DNA of 63,550 bases, filler included, from Octopus bimaculoides (GCF_001194135.2; 5 parts of 5 records of this genome joined end to end with filler, not necessarily neighbours in it); one strand, 5' to 3'; positions 11,753 to 24,079 are shown, counted from the first letter of the whole stretch. The notes: a model not told the origin generated them from the sequence alone. Translations and numbers: made by a program.

Positions 11753-13101
11753 ACTCTCTTTATTGTTGGCATACAGAGTTTACAGGGGGACAATACAAAA
11801 AACGTACGTGGGGAATATAAAATGAAAACGTATGCTTTATGAATTGATAATTAATGGTGATGAAATGGCTTCCCACCCCCAAAGGGGGTTCAATATTTAT
11901 GGTAATTATTACAAATATTTTTTACCTTGTTTTAATCGTCCCGAAAATAATCCATTTGACATCTCATCATATTGCACCATAATTACCGTACGTTCGATTT
12001 TTTCACCAAATTCTTTCCGTCAACTTCATCGCTTTACCATCATCCAACAAAACCGCTATGGTGTTTTTATTCGACATTCTGACTCTTACAACACTTTTTA
12101 TATATTTCCCTGTTGGTATTTTCCTTTGCTACTTTTCTTTTCTTTTTGGGTGGTGGCTCACCCGTTCTTTCTATCTCGATCTCGGCAACTACTATTTCGT
12201 TTTCCACCACCATACTTCTGTCCTTTTCCAGACACTCCTCTGTTACTTGTTCTTGTCTCTGGGGGCACTTTACTCTTATGTGCCCCTTACACCGCAACTG
12301 CAACATACTGGTGGCCTGTCCTCCACCATTAACCTTAACCTGGTTTCATCAGGCAGAACCACTTCCTCCGCAATCTTGTGGAGGTCTGGTATGGTGATAT
12401 GAAATATGACCGCGAGGTTATACCCCCATCAGTTGACCTCCCTTGTCCTTGACATTTAAAAAATTTCTGTATCTTCTTCCGTTGTGAATAAAACTACCGC
12501 CACCGGCCAATCTTCTTCGATTTCAGGTGGAACCCTACCGATTCGAACTCGGGTTGCGCGTTTGCCGCAATACGTCGGTGGCAGTGTCCATTTCGACGAT
12601 TTTAAGGCCACGGTGGAGTACTTCTTTGCTTCGTCTTCATTAACGAAGCGAACCTCCACCGTGCTGTATTTTCTTCCTCTATTAAAAAACGTTATTACGT
12701 CTTTAATATCCTTCCAACACTCTTCTATCTCATCGAAATTAGCGATTTCTAATTTCTTATTAGCTATATTCAATGTCCGGTAGGTTATCTTTTTCTCCGC
12801 CTTCTCTCTAGTTTCTTTGGGTGGCGTTAGTCTCAGACTGTCACCTTTTTCTTTAATAAACCATTAAACTTCTTGACGTCCTTAGTTCCGACTTCCATAT
12901 CTGTTATTTGTAGCAGCTCGGCTGACAGGCTTCTGCCTGTCACCGGAGAATAGCTTCCGGTTTGCAACTGCATAATTCCAATCTTCTCTGCTTCACCCAC
13001 AAACGGGAAGCCACACAAAGTCTTCAACAGTTCAACATAAAATACAAATTCACAATTCAACAAGCATTACTTCAACAACACAATCTATACGTATTCAACT
13101 C
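11753..13101 (-). mobile_element. ORF1-only Tx1/L1-like retroelement, copy B
   Basis: Frameshifted ORF1: QTGSYSPV, RGRKYSTVEVRF, VRIGRVPPEI, RPPVCCSCG/GHIRVKC. 3' tail related to copy A. No RT. Confidence 0.72.
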
Positions 13102-13110
13102 GACGTCTAC

Positions 13111-14739
13111 GCTTTCTCTTTATTATAGTCATATGTCCTTTTTTATAGAAGGGGCATTACAAAGACAATACAAACGTGGGGTACATAGAATGATTTTCGA
13201 ATGAATTATGAAGTGTGAAATTATGATAAAATGGCTTTCTATCCCCCCCCCTAAAGTAGAAAGTCAGAGTTTACTGTTTTTATAATCAATCATTTTGTCC
13301 AGTATATATCATGTTTATCTTGCATAAGGTATTAAGTCTTCGTACATTACCACCGGAGGCAATTCATCGTATTGAAACCGCTTTCTTGTAATTTCCACTC
13401 TGCTTCCAAATGACTCTTTTAATTTCGCCGCTCTTTCGTTCTACAGTAGCACCGCTTTCATTATACGGTTCTCTTCATTATCTGCTAATTTCACTCTTAT
13501 TACACCTTTCATTTTTGCGATACGCTTTTTCATTTCCACACTTTTCTCGTACACCATTAACACTCGTTCATATTTTCCTTTGCGTTGCTTTCTCGGCTGT
13601 ACACCTTTACTCTCTACTGGTGTCTCCATTTCTGTGTCATTCGTTCACTTGTCTCTTCTGTCCTTCCTCCTCCTTACTCGTTGAAAGCTCCGGCTCTTAT
13701 GTTCGATTCTTCGTTGCTTCCTCATTTCTTCTTTTCTCTTTTTCCTCCGCCTTCTTTTCCGGTGGAGATTCGCTATTTCCTTTATTCTCCACGAATGTAC
13801 ACTGTATTTCCGTCTCCGATATTACATTTACTTTTATCTGATGCTCTTACTCTACCACTTCCTGTTCGTGTTTCTGGGGACACTGTGCCTTTATGTGCCT
13901 CCTTACTCCACAATTGAAGCATATTGGCGGTCTACCCTCCACCATGATTCTTAGTCTTGTTTCATCGGGAAGCATTATTTCTTCCGCGATTTTGTGGAGG
14001 TCAGGTTGGGTGATACGTACCATTACCTCCAGGCCATACCCCCAGCAGTTGACCTCCGCTGTCTTCAACATCTTCAATATCTCAGTCTTTTCCTCTGCGT
14101 TATAGAGTATGGCTGCCATGAGCCAGTCTTCGTTAATTTCAGGTGGCACTCTCCCTATTCTCACTCTGGCTGCTGCACGTCTGCCACAGTAAGTAAGCAA
14201 GAATGCCTACTGTGCCGATTTCAAGGCTACGGTGGAGTACTTCTTTACTTCGTTCTCATTAACGAAGCGTACCTCCACCGTGCCAAATTTTCGTCCTCTG
14301 TAATAAAATGTAATCACTTCTTTTGCGTCCTTTAAACATTCCTCTATCTCTTCAACTCCTGCTATTTCCACATTCCTTGTTGCTATATTTAAGGTTCTGT
14401 ACTTAATTATTTTCCTTTCTGTTTTCTCTGTTATTTCCTTTGGTGGTGTCAGCCTAAGCACCCGCCTTCTTCCTTCAACAAGGTATTGAATTTCTTATAG
14501 TCTACATCCCTCACTTCCAGTTCTTGTATCAGCAGCAGCCCAACTGTCAGGCTTTTACCGGACACCGCAGCATAACTGCCTGTCTGGACCTGCCTAATTC
14601 CGTTCTTCACCCACAACTGGGGAAGCCACATAAAACTTTCAGCAAATTCAATAACAGAAAACCAAACACAATATTCAACAATTCAGTAATTCAACAATTC
14701 TGCAATTAAATTAAACAAATCAACAACTCACATGTGAGT
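13111..14739 (-). mobile_element. ORF1-only Tx1/L1-like retroelement, copy C
   Basis: QTGSYAAV, RGRKFGTVEVRF, intact knuckle CFNCGVRRHIKAQC, KMKGVIRVKL, YDELPPVVMYEDLIPYAR*, 3' UTR and tail. No RT. Confidence 0.75.
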
Positions 14740-14779
14740 GAAATCAAGACAGAAAAAATCGGCTCGCTCAACGCGACCC

Positions 14780-14915
14780 TTATTTCCTTATTTGGCACTA
14801 CGACTACAACACAGAAGGGGACACTACAAGCACAGACACAACACCACAATGGGGACATAAAACATAAAACGAATGAGATGTTAAATAAAAATGAAGAAAT
14901 GAAGTGAAAGTAACC
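14780..14915 (-). mobile_element. Copy D: 3' end only (about 135 nt) of the same family
   Basis: Near-duplicate of 14937-15070. Confidence 0.7.
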
Positions 14916-14936
14916 ATCTGCAAATCTACCTGACGC

Positions 14937-15418
14937 TTATTTCTTTATTTGGCATTACGACCACAACACAGAGGGGGACACATAAGGACAGACACAATAC
15001 CACGATGGGGACATAAAACATAAAACGAATGAGAATGAGATGTTATATAAAAATGAAGAAATGAAATGGCTGCATGGGCCCCACTCCCATGCAGTACCAT
15101 TTGAACATTTATATACACTATTTACAATCGTTCATTTGTTCTATTATTTTTCCTTAATCATCTTTTTCTTCTTTGTTTTTAACATGAAACACTTTTACTT
15201 TTTTTTCTCTTTTTTGTTCCTTTTTTTCCCTTTGCTTTTCCTTTTTTACTTTCCAACAAAACAATTTTACTCTTTTTTTCTTTTTAATACCTCATGAAAG
15301 GCTCCAAATCTTTTAGCTCAACTACTGGTGGCAGTTCGTCGAACTCCACCAACATTCCGGGCGGGTCAGTCTTGTCTCCGCACAAATCTCTTGTTTTTTG
15401 GATTTGGTGCCGTGCGTT
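14937..15418 (-). mobile_element. Copy E: 3' UTR plus the last ~40 ORF1 codons, 5'-truncated
   Basis: VEFDELPPVVELKDLEPFMRY* (stop at 15284) matches the C-terminal motif of copies A and C. The tail ends GCCAAATAAAGAAATAA. Confidence 0.75.
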
Positions 15419-15421
15419 GCA

Positions 15422-18400
15422 GAGTTGGAGGGGTAAAGTTTTGTTGTTGTTGAACATTTGTTGAACATTTGCTGTGTTGCCCCGTTGGGTGAACGTCTGT
15501 GAGATGGCAAGCACTTCGATCAATGAGATGTCGAGCACTTCGACCATGTCAGAAGAAGAAATAGAGAGGATTGTAGATAACGTTTTGGAGGAGAATGAGG
15601 AAGAAAAGAAAATAGCAGCAACCAGTAGGAGAAATTTTGACGTTATAAGCTTGTTAACCAAGCTTGAAGAAAAGAAAGAAAACGAAAAAAAGAAAATGGA
15701 TTTTGCCGCTGCAGCGGGAGCAAAGCCAAAGAAGATTAATATGGAAAATCTACACAAACACAAAGAAATGTTGGCCAGGGAGGGAAGTGAAACAAGGCTA
15801 GTGCCCCCCCCCCCCAAAAAAAAAAAATTACAAGAAAACTTAGAAAGAAGGACGATTGTATATAAAACATACAAAATAAAAGAAAAGAAAATTGATTATG
15901 TGGTCGAAAATGAAATCGAGAAATGTCTAAAACCCATTTGGCATAAAATACGATATATCACCAGAGGCAAAAAGTACGCGACAGTAGAAGTTAGGATGGA
16001 GTTATGGGAGGAAGCAAGACTCCATTCCAGAAGTCCGTTGAAAACGGAAGAAGTCGTTCTTCTCCCCATATATATATATATGGGTAGGAGGACGTCTAGA
16101 ATTAACATAAGAGGAATTCCCCCTGAGCTGGACCCAGAGTGACTGGTTACGGCGGTGAAAGACGGACTAGAAGAAACAATTAATATCTTAGAAGCGGAAG
16201 TATTAGAACCTCGCAACTAGCACCGCCAGAACATTAAAATGATTATTCAAGCTGAACAAGCTACACTTGAAGAAATAAGAGAAATCATCGTGGTTCGCGA
16301 TGCTTCCAGTGTGGAAAAAAGGCCACCTCAGGGTAGACTGTAAAAAATAAACAGAAAAAAAGAAAGAAGAGACGGCGAAGGAGACAGTGGAAGGCGAACA
16401 TGTGGCAGCGACCCAACTGACTCCTGTACGAGAGGGAGAGGACAGGTGGATGACCCAACTAAGCAAAAGAAAATTAAAAGCAAACACAACAGAAAAAGAA
16501 AATAAATCCTGAGAATAGACAATATAAAAATGCAAAGAAACAAGAAACTAAAAAATCTAAAACTGTAAAGTGTTACATGGCGGTGCGCAGTTCTAATAGA
16601 CTGTTGATTAATAGAATTCCAGCTGAGCATGGAGAAAAAATACAAGTGAAGAATTTAAAATTAACGGAATAGAAATATACAAAATAGACTGTAAAAACTA
16701 TAACGTTCTTTCTAATGACTTTCGACAAGATGTAGGTCCTCTAAGATGGGACTTATCTGAAAAGATATTCGAGGGCCTCATCGCTCCGACGTCACGGGCT
16801 CGAAATAAAAGAAAAAGAGGCGAGTTCCTCCCTTCCTCTCGACACCAAGTAAGTTATTATTGTTTTCCCTTTTGTCTGTTCACGTAGGTTGCATAAATGT
16901 GCGTGGCCTGGCGTCGAGCTGGAAACAAGGCGTTTCCTAAATGACGTCAGGTCACTAAGTCTAGATGTCATTGTTGCTACTGAAACTCGGTTAAAAGGAC
17001 CAAGAGTTCTGCTCCCGCTCCTGGATGGCTACGAGAAATTCATTTCTCCAGGCCGATCGGGGGGCGGGGTGGGGTGTTGGTCCTCATCAAAAAAAACTGA
17101 GGTTCAGAGAAAAAAAATTTTTTTCAGATCCAGAAGGTAGGCTGGTCATCATACTTGACATTCAGCTGTGGTAAGGAAACCAGGTTGGTGGCAGTTTACG
17201 CACCCAATACGAGGCAGACTGATTATTTTCGAGATTTGGAGGAGTTCCTAAGCACGTCACGTTCATTAGTTGTGTTAGGTGACTTTACCACTATACTCGA
17301 TGCTCGCATCAATAGTGTTCGCTCGGATCCAGATAGGCTGCCGGGATCTACTAAGTCGCTTGCAGCTCGTAGATCCCTACAGACTAGAATTCCCGGACGC
17401 TCCACAGTGGATGTGGTCAAATAGCGACGGGTCTTCGACGTCATACATACATACATAGGATTCTTATTAGAAAAATAGATAAGAAAATAGTTACGTGTCC
17501 ACAATTTCACTTCGTCAGTTACAGTGATCATAAAATGGTCACATGTAAACTGCGCCTAGACAAGTTATGTAGTAAGGGCTCCGGCTTCTGGAAACTCAAT
17601 AAGTCCCTTTTGGCGATTGAGGAGTACAGGAGCCGGATTAAATTATCAATTTACAGAGCGTTAACCGGTTCCATCGTTAACAGCAGATGGTGGTGCGCCC
17701 TCGAAGGAACTACTAAAATCGAGTCAATTAGATATAGCTTAGGTTTAGTGGCTAGAGGGCGTAGTAAAGGGATTGGGTTAGTTAAGGCTCTAGAGGAAGC
17801 CATAAAATCTAGCGACGCATCTCAGGTGAGGCTGAAGAGACTGGAACTTAAGCATCACCTCGAAGCCAAGCACATGGGATGTATCGTCAGAGCTAGACTC
17901 CGCGCAGTGGGGAGCGAGGGGATCAAGGCCGCTGGATGGGCACGTGTCGTGGAAGCCAAACGTGGAAACGATTCCATAATTCGATCTGTAGTGAACTCGC
18001 AAGGTGATGTGTTGCACGAACCCGAGGAGATGTGTCGGACCTTTCAGAAGCACTTTGCCGTTCCGCATCAAACGGTCGGTTCGCCAAGGGTGTCCACTCT
18101 TCCCGCTTTTGTACATAATGTCTCTCGCGGCATTGCTGATTAAGCTGAGTGGCATCCCGACAAATCCAGGAGGTGGGGGATCTGTTACAGCGTACACGGA
18201 CGATATCACCATCATCGTGACCAAGATGGAAGACCTGCAGCAAGTAGATGAAACAATTAAGGTTTACGAGGCGGTAGTAGGAGCAAAAATTAACCGGGAA
18301 AAATCAGTCGGCTTGCAACTGAGCACCTTGAGGGGCAAGTCGATGCCTTCGAATAGCATCGTAGGACGCTGGACGGAGGGCCTGATTAAATTGCTAGGAA

Positions 18401-19204
18401 TCTGGATTGGTCCAGATCTTCAAATGGAAAAGATCTGGTCAGAGGTGTCGGACAATGTGGCCCACATAGTCCAGACCTGGTCTGGGCGGTGGCTATCCTT
18501 GAAAGGTAGGGCGGAGGTGGCCAATGTGTTCATCGCATCGGTCATCATTTACCGCCTGACCGTCGTGTCCTGTCCGGATTCATGGTTAAGCAAGTTGGAG
18601 AGACAAATCTTTCGCTTTTTGTGGAATGGCTCCGCTCCTCTTGTAAGACGTTCTATTTACTGCCAGAAGCTGTTAAAGTGTGGGTTGGGGATGCCGTGGC
18701 TAATGATGCGCAGACATGCATTGAGGTTGAGGCATCTCTGGCTCTACCTGGATGGCAAACGGGTGTGCTCTCCGCTCGCTAGACGGATGTTCCCCCGAAT
18801 TAACCGGTTTTGGTGATAGAGAAAACTGGGTTCGCCGAAGATCGAGGTTGGGTACCTGATACACGGAGTGCCGCAAGGCACCTCTCCCGTTCTGCAGCAC
18901 GGGCAATGTCAGTGGTTTCGGTACCACAGCATCGTTCTATAACAGGTTGGTATAGGATGGAAATGACGATGACTTGGGGAGGACCCTGAGTCTCGATGAT
19001 AACTAGTTGGTCGGCCTGTTCAAGAGGACATTTGGGCCAAAGACACTGGATAACTTCCAAAAGTCACTGGCCTGGTAATGTTACAGAGGAGCCTTACCGG
19101 TTCGCGATAAACTCACCAGACACGGCCGCCCTGAGCCGTCGACCTGCCCAAGATGCGAGCGGGATATGGAAACCGTCCTGCACGCTATTATGCAGTGTCC
19201 TGGC
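15422..19204 (+). mobile_element. Tx1-like non-LTR retrotransposon F: ORF1 plus ORF2 (APE-RT-CCHC), pseudogenised with an internal RT deletion
   Basis: ORF1 from ATG 15504 (RGKKYATVEVRM, INIRGIPPEL, CFQCGKK/GHLRVDC). ORF2 from about 16885: CINVRGL, VIVATETRL, LVAVYAPN, VLGDF, GFWKLNKSLL, VRQGCPL, AYTDDIT, CPRCERDMETVLHAIMQC. That ORF1 and ORF2 belong to one element is an inference. Confidence 0.8.
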
Positions 19205-21155
19205 ATTTCAAAAGTTTTTGATTTTGGCTAAGGTGTTAGGGGAAAGTTTGAGTCTTCTTGTTTGTAGTCTAGTAGGGGAAGCACAGACGTTCACAATTCC
19301 AAACAGGACTATCTCTGAGAAACTGCACCTTATGCGACATATCACAGTGAGAGCTTAAATTAAAGTTGGCTTCGGTGGCCCCTGATCAATTTGGACCAAT
19401 CGAAAGCATTCGATCGCGTCGACCATCGCTATTTGAGAGCCCTCCATAAAGCATTCGGTTTCGGACACTTTTTCAGAGCTTAGATCGCTGCAATTCACAG
19501 GAGTGCCTGCTCTGCGGTCAAAGTAAACGGCCATCTGTTGGAACCGATTAGCATCGCACGCTCGGTCCGTCATGGCTGCCCGCTCTCCCCTCTTCTGTAC
19601 GTGCTCGTTCTCGGGCCACAGCAGCTGAAGTTTTAGCAATTGCAGTACTTCCTTTTCGAATTGGTACTTGGTGAGGCAGTGTCTGCATACGCAGACGACG
19701 TCACCAGCATGGTGTCGGACGCCTCCGATTTGGAGACGCTCAGCTCCATTCTAGTGGAATATGAGTCGGTTGTAGGAGATAAAATTGCCGTTGAAAAGTC
19801 AATGACCTTGTGACTGGGAACCTGGAGAGGCAGGTCTATGACGCCAGAGGGCGTTGTCGAACACTGAACTGGCGGTCCAGTCAACCTACTCGGGGTCTAG
19901 TTGGGTCTTGACCGCCAGGTTCATAAGAATTGGAACGAGCTGACGAAGTCATTGGCCAGTAATGGCAGAGACGAAGCTATGCTTGCAAGGTAGGGTAGAG
20001 GTGGAAAATTCCTATATTGCTTCATCATTTATCGTCTGACCGTAGTGTTTTGTCCCAGTAATTGCTTGATCAAATTGGAGACTCTTATTCATTTCTTGTG
20101 GAAGGGCCGCGTTCCAATGGTTAGCCGCCAGTCTAGTGCCAGCTCCCTCTACTTGGAGGCTTAGGCATGCCGTGGATTTTGACGTACACTCACTCAGCTC
20201 GCGACATCTTCAATGATTTCTAGATGGTGAACGTGTGTGCGCTCAGGTTGTTAGTCATGTCTTTCTGCCTCACAACTAGGTGAAATTCTGGGGTTGACGA
20301 AAACGAACAGGCTAACCAGTTCCGGAGGATTTCTCGTTCGGTGATAATTATGGATAAATTCCAGATGTCTTTGGTTTGGCAGTGCTATCGGGGACATTAC
20401 TATCTCGAGATAAACTCTAAAAGTACGGACGTGCTGTCAGAGACGCTTGTCTGAGGTGCGTGTACAGCACCGAAACCGTTCTGCATGCAGTCTTTCAATG
20501 ACTGGGCATTGTAAACACATGGAGTTATGTCTAACAGCTGCTGTCACTCGTGGGACAGATCTGTCTGTTATTCAAGCCAATACTGATGATTGCGCCGCTG
20601 CCCTCGTTTAATCGGGATGGCAAGACAATTTAGCTCTGACTAGTTACTGTGGCGAAAGAGGGTGTCTAGTGGACGAGGCTGAAAGGAATGTGGACGGAGT
20701 CATTCCTCTCTGGTAGAGCCCTCAACGAATCTTTCCAGTTTCACTTGTAAAGCAAAGTGAGTGTGGAGAGGTAGGTGCGGTCCTCGAGTGAATTTATGAA
20801 AAGGTAGGTGAAAGTTGGCAAGAGTAGATTATGCCGCTCTATGTGTAGACCAGTGAGTTGGAGGAGAGGAGTTGGAAAAGGATTTTGTCTTTGGTATTCA
20901 GAGTGATCTTGACTGGTGTCGTTCCTCAATTATTCCTATAGGTCCTCATGTATCTGGAAGACCGCATCACTATATTTTTTTCCTTATCTTTGTTTTCCTT
21001 GCCGTATAAAATGTATACTTCCGTTTTTGTAATATATACTGTGTATAATATTCTTTTAACTTTTTTTTATCATTCTATTATATGTAAATTTCCTAATATT
21101 TTGTTTGTCTCTCTATTAACTTCATCATCCTTCAGCGTGGTGGCAAATATAAAAA
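19205..21155 (+). mobile_element. Second Tx1-like element, 5'-truncated RT to 3' end, heavily decayed
   Basis: ILAKVL, LINLDQSKAFDRVDHRYL, VRHGCPLSPLLYVLVL, VSAYADDVT, ETVLHA. The 3' end GGCAAATATAAAAA is followed by (TCA)n/(TTA)n. Confidence 0.82.
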
Positions 21156-21170
21156 TCATCATCATCATCG

Positions 21171-21253
<83 letters not shown>

Positions 21254-21394
21254 GCCTTTGCACAGTTTATAACTCTGGAGATGTACTACTGCATCAGTGA
21301 ACTAAGGTTTTTTCAGTGCCTTGTATTTTTGTTCGCTTTTAAGCTACCCTTTCTATTTTCGGTCTAACTCAAATTTCCTTTCTCGAGCATACCT

Positions 21395-21445
<51 letters not shown>

Positions 21446-22411
21446 NNNNNNNNNNNNNNNNNNNNNNNNNNNNNNNNNNNNNNNNNNNNNNNNNNNNNNN
21501 NNNNNNNNNNNNNNNNNNNNNNNNNNNNNNNNNNNNNNNNNNNNNNNNNNNNNNNNNNNNNNNNNNNNNNNNNNNNNNNNNNNNNNNNNNNNNNNNNNNN
21601 NNNNNNNNNNNNNNNNNNNNNNNNNNNNNNNNNNNNNNNNNNNNNNNNNNNNNNNNNNNNNNNNNNNNNNNNNNNNNNNNNNNNNNNNNNNNNNNNNNNN
21701 NNNNNNNNNNNNNNNNNNNNNNNNNNNNNNNNNNNNNNNNNNNNNNNNNNNNNNNNNNNNNNNNNNNNNNNNNNNNNNNNNNNNNNNNNNNNNNNNNNNN
21801 NNNNNNNNNNNNNNNNNNNNNNNNNNNNNNNNNNNNNNNNNNNNNNNNNNNNNNNNNNNNNNNNNNNNNNNNNNNNNNNNNNNNNNNNNNNNNNNNNNNN
21901 NNGTACTGATATTCATGTCGTTGGATTTTTTGTTTTGTTTTTGAGTTTCTGAATTCAATTGTGTTGTTGCAATAAAAGTTATGTTTACATATTTGGGTAG
22001 TCAGGGATAAGTCCCATACAAAATTTAATATATTAAAGTTTAACAGTTTTCTTGAGATGTTGGTTTGTCTATCCAGTTAGAGAACACAGTAGTGTTTTCG
22101 CAATGAAAGGGATGATTATATTTTCGAATACTCAGGGGAAAAGGAAAGGATACGTATTCACAGGAGTTGTATATATTAGTTTTCTTTCTAAACTGATAGT
22201 CTTTGAGGGAGATTTTAAATATTCACAGGAAATTATAGATTTTCCAGACTTTGGGAATAATAGGAGGTAGAGATGTTCATCTTGTCGAATATTTGAATTT
22301 CTGAAGTTATTTTCCTTTTGGAATATTCTTTTATTTTTAAACGTTTCTCTGTGGTTTACAGTTCTTATATTTGTACAGTATGTATATATTGGCAGATTAT
22401 CATTATTATTG

Positions 22412-22466
<55 letters not shown>

Positions 22467-22470
22467 TTTT

Positions 22471-22505
<35 letters not shown>

Positions 22506-22509
22506 TATT

Positions 22510-23269
22510 AGTCAAAATTAAAAGCAGAGTGCCCTTGTTATCCAGTGAACGATATTTCGACATCTCGTGAATCTTCAGCAGGTTCATTGTTATCCAGTGA
22601 TAGATATTTCGACAACTTGTGTGTCTTCAAATGGTTCAAAATTAATTTTGTCAATCTACTTCATTTTGATTATTATATAAAGGATTGAGGTAACTCATCC
22701 AGAAGATATAGAGTCAAAATTAAAAGAAGAGTGCTGTTGTTATCTTGTGAACGATATTTCGACATATTGTGTGTCTTCAACTGGTTCATTTTGTTATACA
22801 GTGAACGATATTTCGACATCTTGTGTGTCTTCAACTGGTTCAGTTTGTTATCCAGTGATAGATATTTCGACAACTTGTTTGTTTTTAATTGGTTCAAAAG
22901 ATAATTTTGTCAATCTACTTCATTTTGATTATTATATAAAGAATTGAGGTAACTCATCCAGAAGATATAGAGCCAAAATTAAAAGAAGAGTGCTGTTGTT
23001 ATCTTGTGAACGATATTTCGACATCTTGTGTGTCTTCAACTGGTTCATTTTGTTATCCAGTGAACGATAATTCGACATCTTGTGTGTCTTCAACTGGTTA
23101 ATTTATCATCCAGTGAACGATATTTCGACATCTTTTGTATCTTCAACTGGTTCATTTATTATCTTTTAATTTTGACTCGATATTTTCAACTGGTTCATTT
23201 GTTATCTTTTAATTTTGACTCTATATCTTCTGGAGGAGTTGCTTCAATCCTTTATATAATAACTAAAAT
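22510..23269. repeat. Foldback/MITE-like repeat: ~54-bp tandem units with ~65-bp inverted arms
   Basis: About 8 units of gttatccagtgaacgatatttcgacatcttgtgtgtcttcaactggttcatttt. The arm at 22663-22727 and 22922-22986 is inverted at 23205-23269. Confidence 0.85.
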
Positions 23270-24079
23270 ATTATTATTATTATTATTGAAAGATGGGTGA
23301 CTGTTGGAAGAATGGCCAGTATAAACGGACCAATTCTGAGAATACACTTGTAAAAAAAAAAAAAGGAAAAAAAAAAAAGGTAATGTAAAAGGAGAAAGGG
23401 CTCTATACCCCTTTCTTATTTTTTTTTCTGACCAGGCTCCCGTGGTTTTATGGGTTTTTCCACGTGTAACCTTTCCTTTTTCGAAGCGCCTCCCCCTTCG
23501 GGGTTTCTACTTATTTATTTATCTATTTATTCATTATATCTTTNNNNNNNNNNNNNNNNNNNNNNNNNNNNNNNNNNNNNNNNNNNNNNNNNNNNNNNNN
23601 NNNNNNNNNNNNNNNNNNNNNNNNNNNNNNNNNNNNNNNNNNNNNNNNNNNNNNNNNNNNNNNNNNNNNNNNNNNNNNNNNNNNNNNNNNNNNNNNNNNN
23701 NNNNNNNNNNNNNNNNNNNNNNNNNNNNNNNNNNNNNNNNNNNNNNNNNNNNNNNNNNNNNNNNNNNNNNNNNNNNNNNNNNNNNNNNNNNNNNNNNNNN
23801 NNNNNNNNNNNNNNNNNNNNNNNNNNNNNNNNNNNNNNNNNNNNNNNNNNNNNNNNNNNNNNNNNNNNNNNNNNNNNNNNNNNNNNNNNNNNNNNNNNNN
23901 NNNNNNNNNNNNNNNNNNNNNNNNNNNNNNNNNNNNNNNNNNNNNNNNNNNNNNNNNNNNNNNNNNNNNNNNNNNNNNNNNNNNNNNNNNNNNNNNNNNN
24001 NNNNNNNNNNNNNNNNNNNNNNNNNNNNNNNNNNNNNNNNNNNNNNNNNNNNNNNNNNNNNNNNNNNNNNNNNNNNNNN

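Noticed and set aside
10074-15418. Telomeric HeT-A/TART-like function for the array
   Set aside because: It is internal, nested in an LTR, and has no telomeric repeats; the resemblance is architectural only.
22530-23160. Regularly spaced ~54-bp repeats as a CRISPR array
   Set aside because: There are no unique spacers, the units are contiguous, the context is eukaryotic and there are no cas genes.
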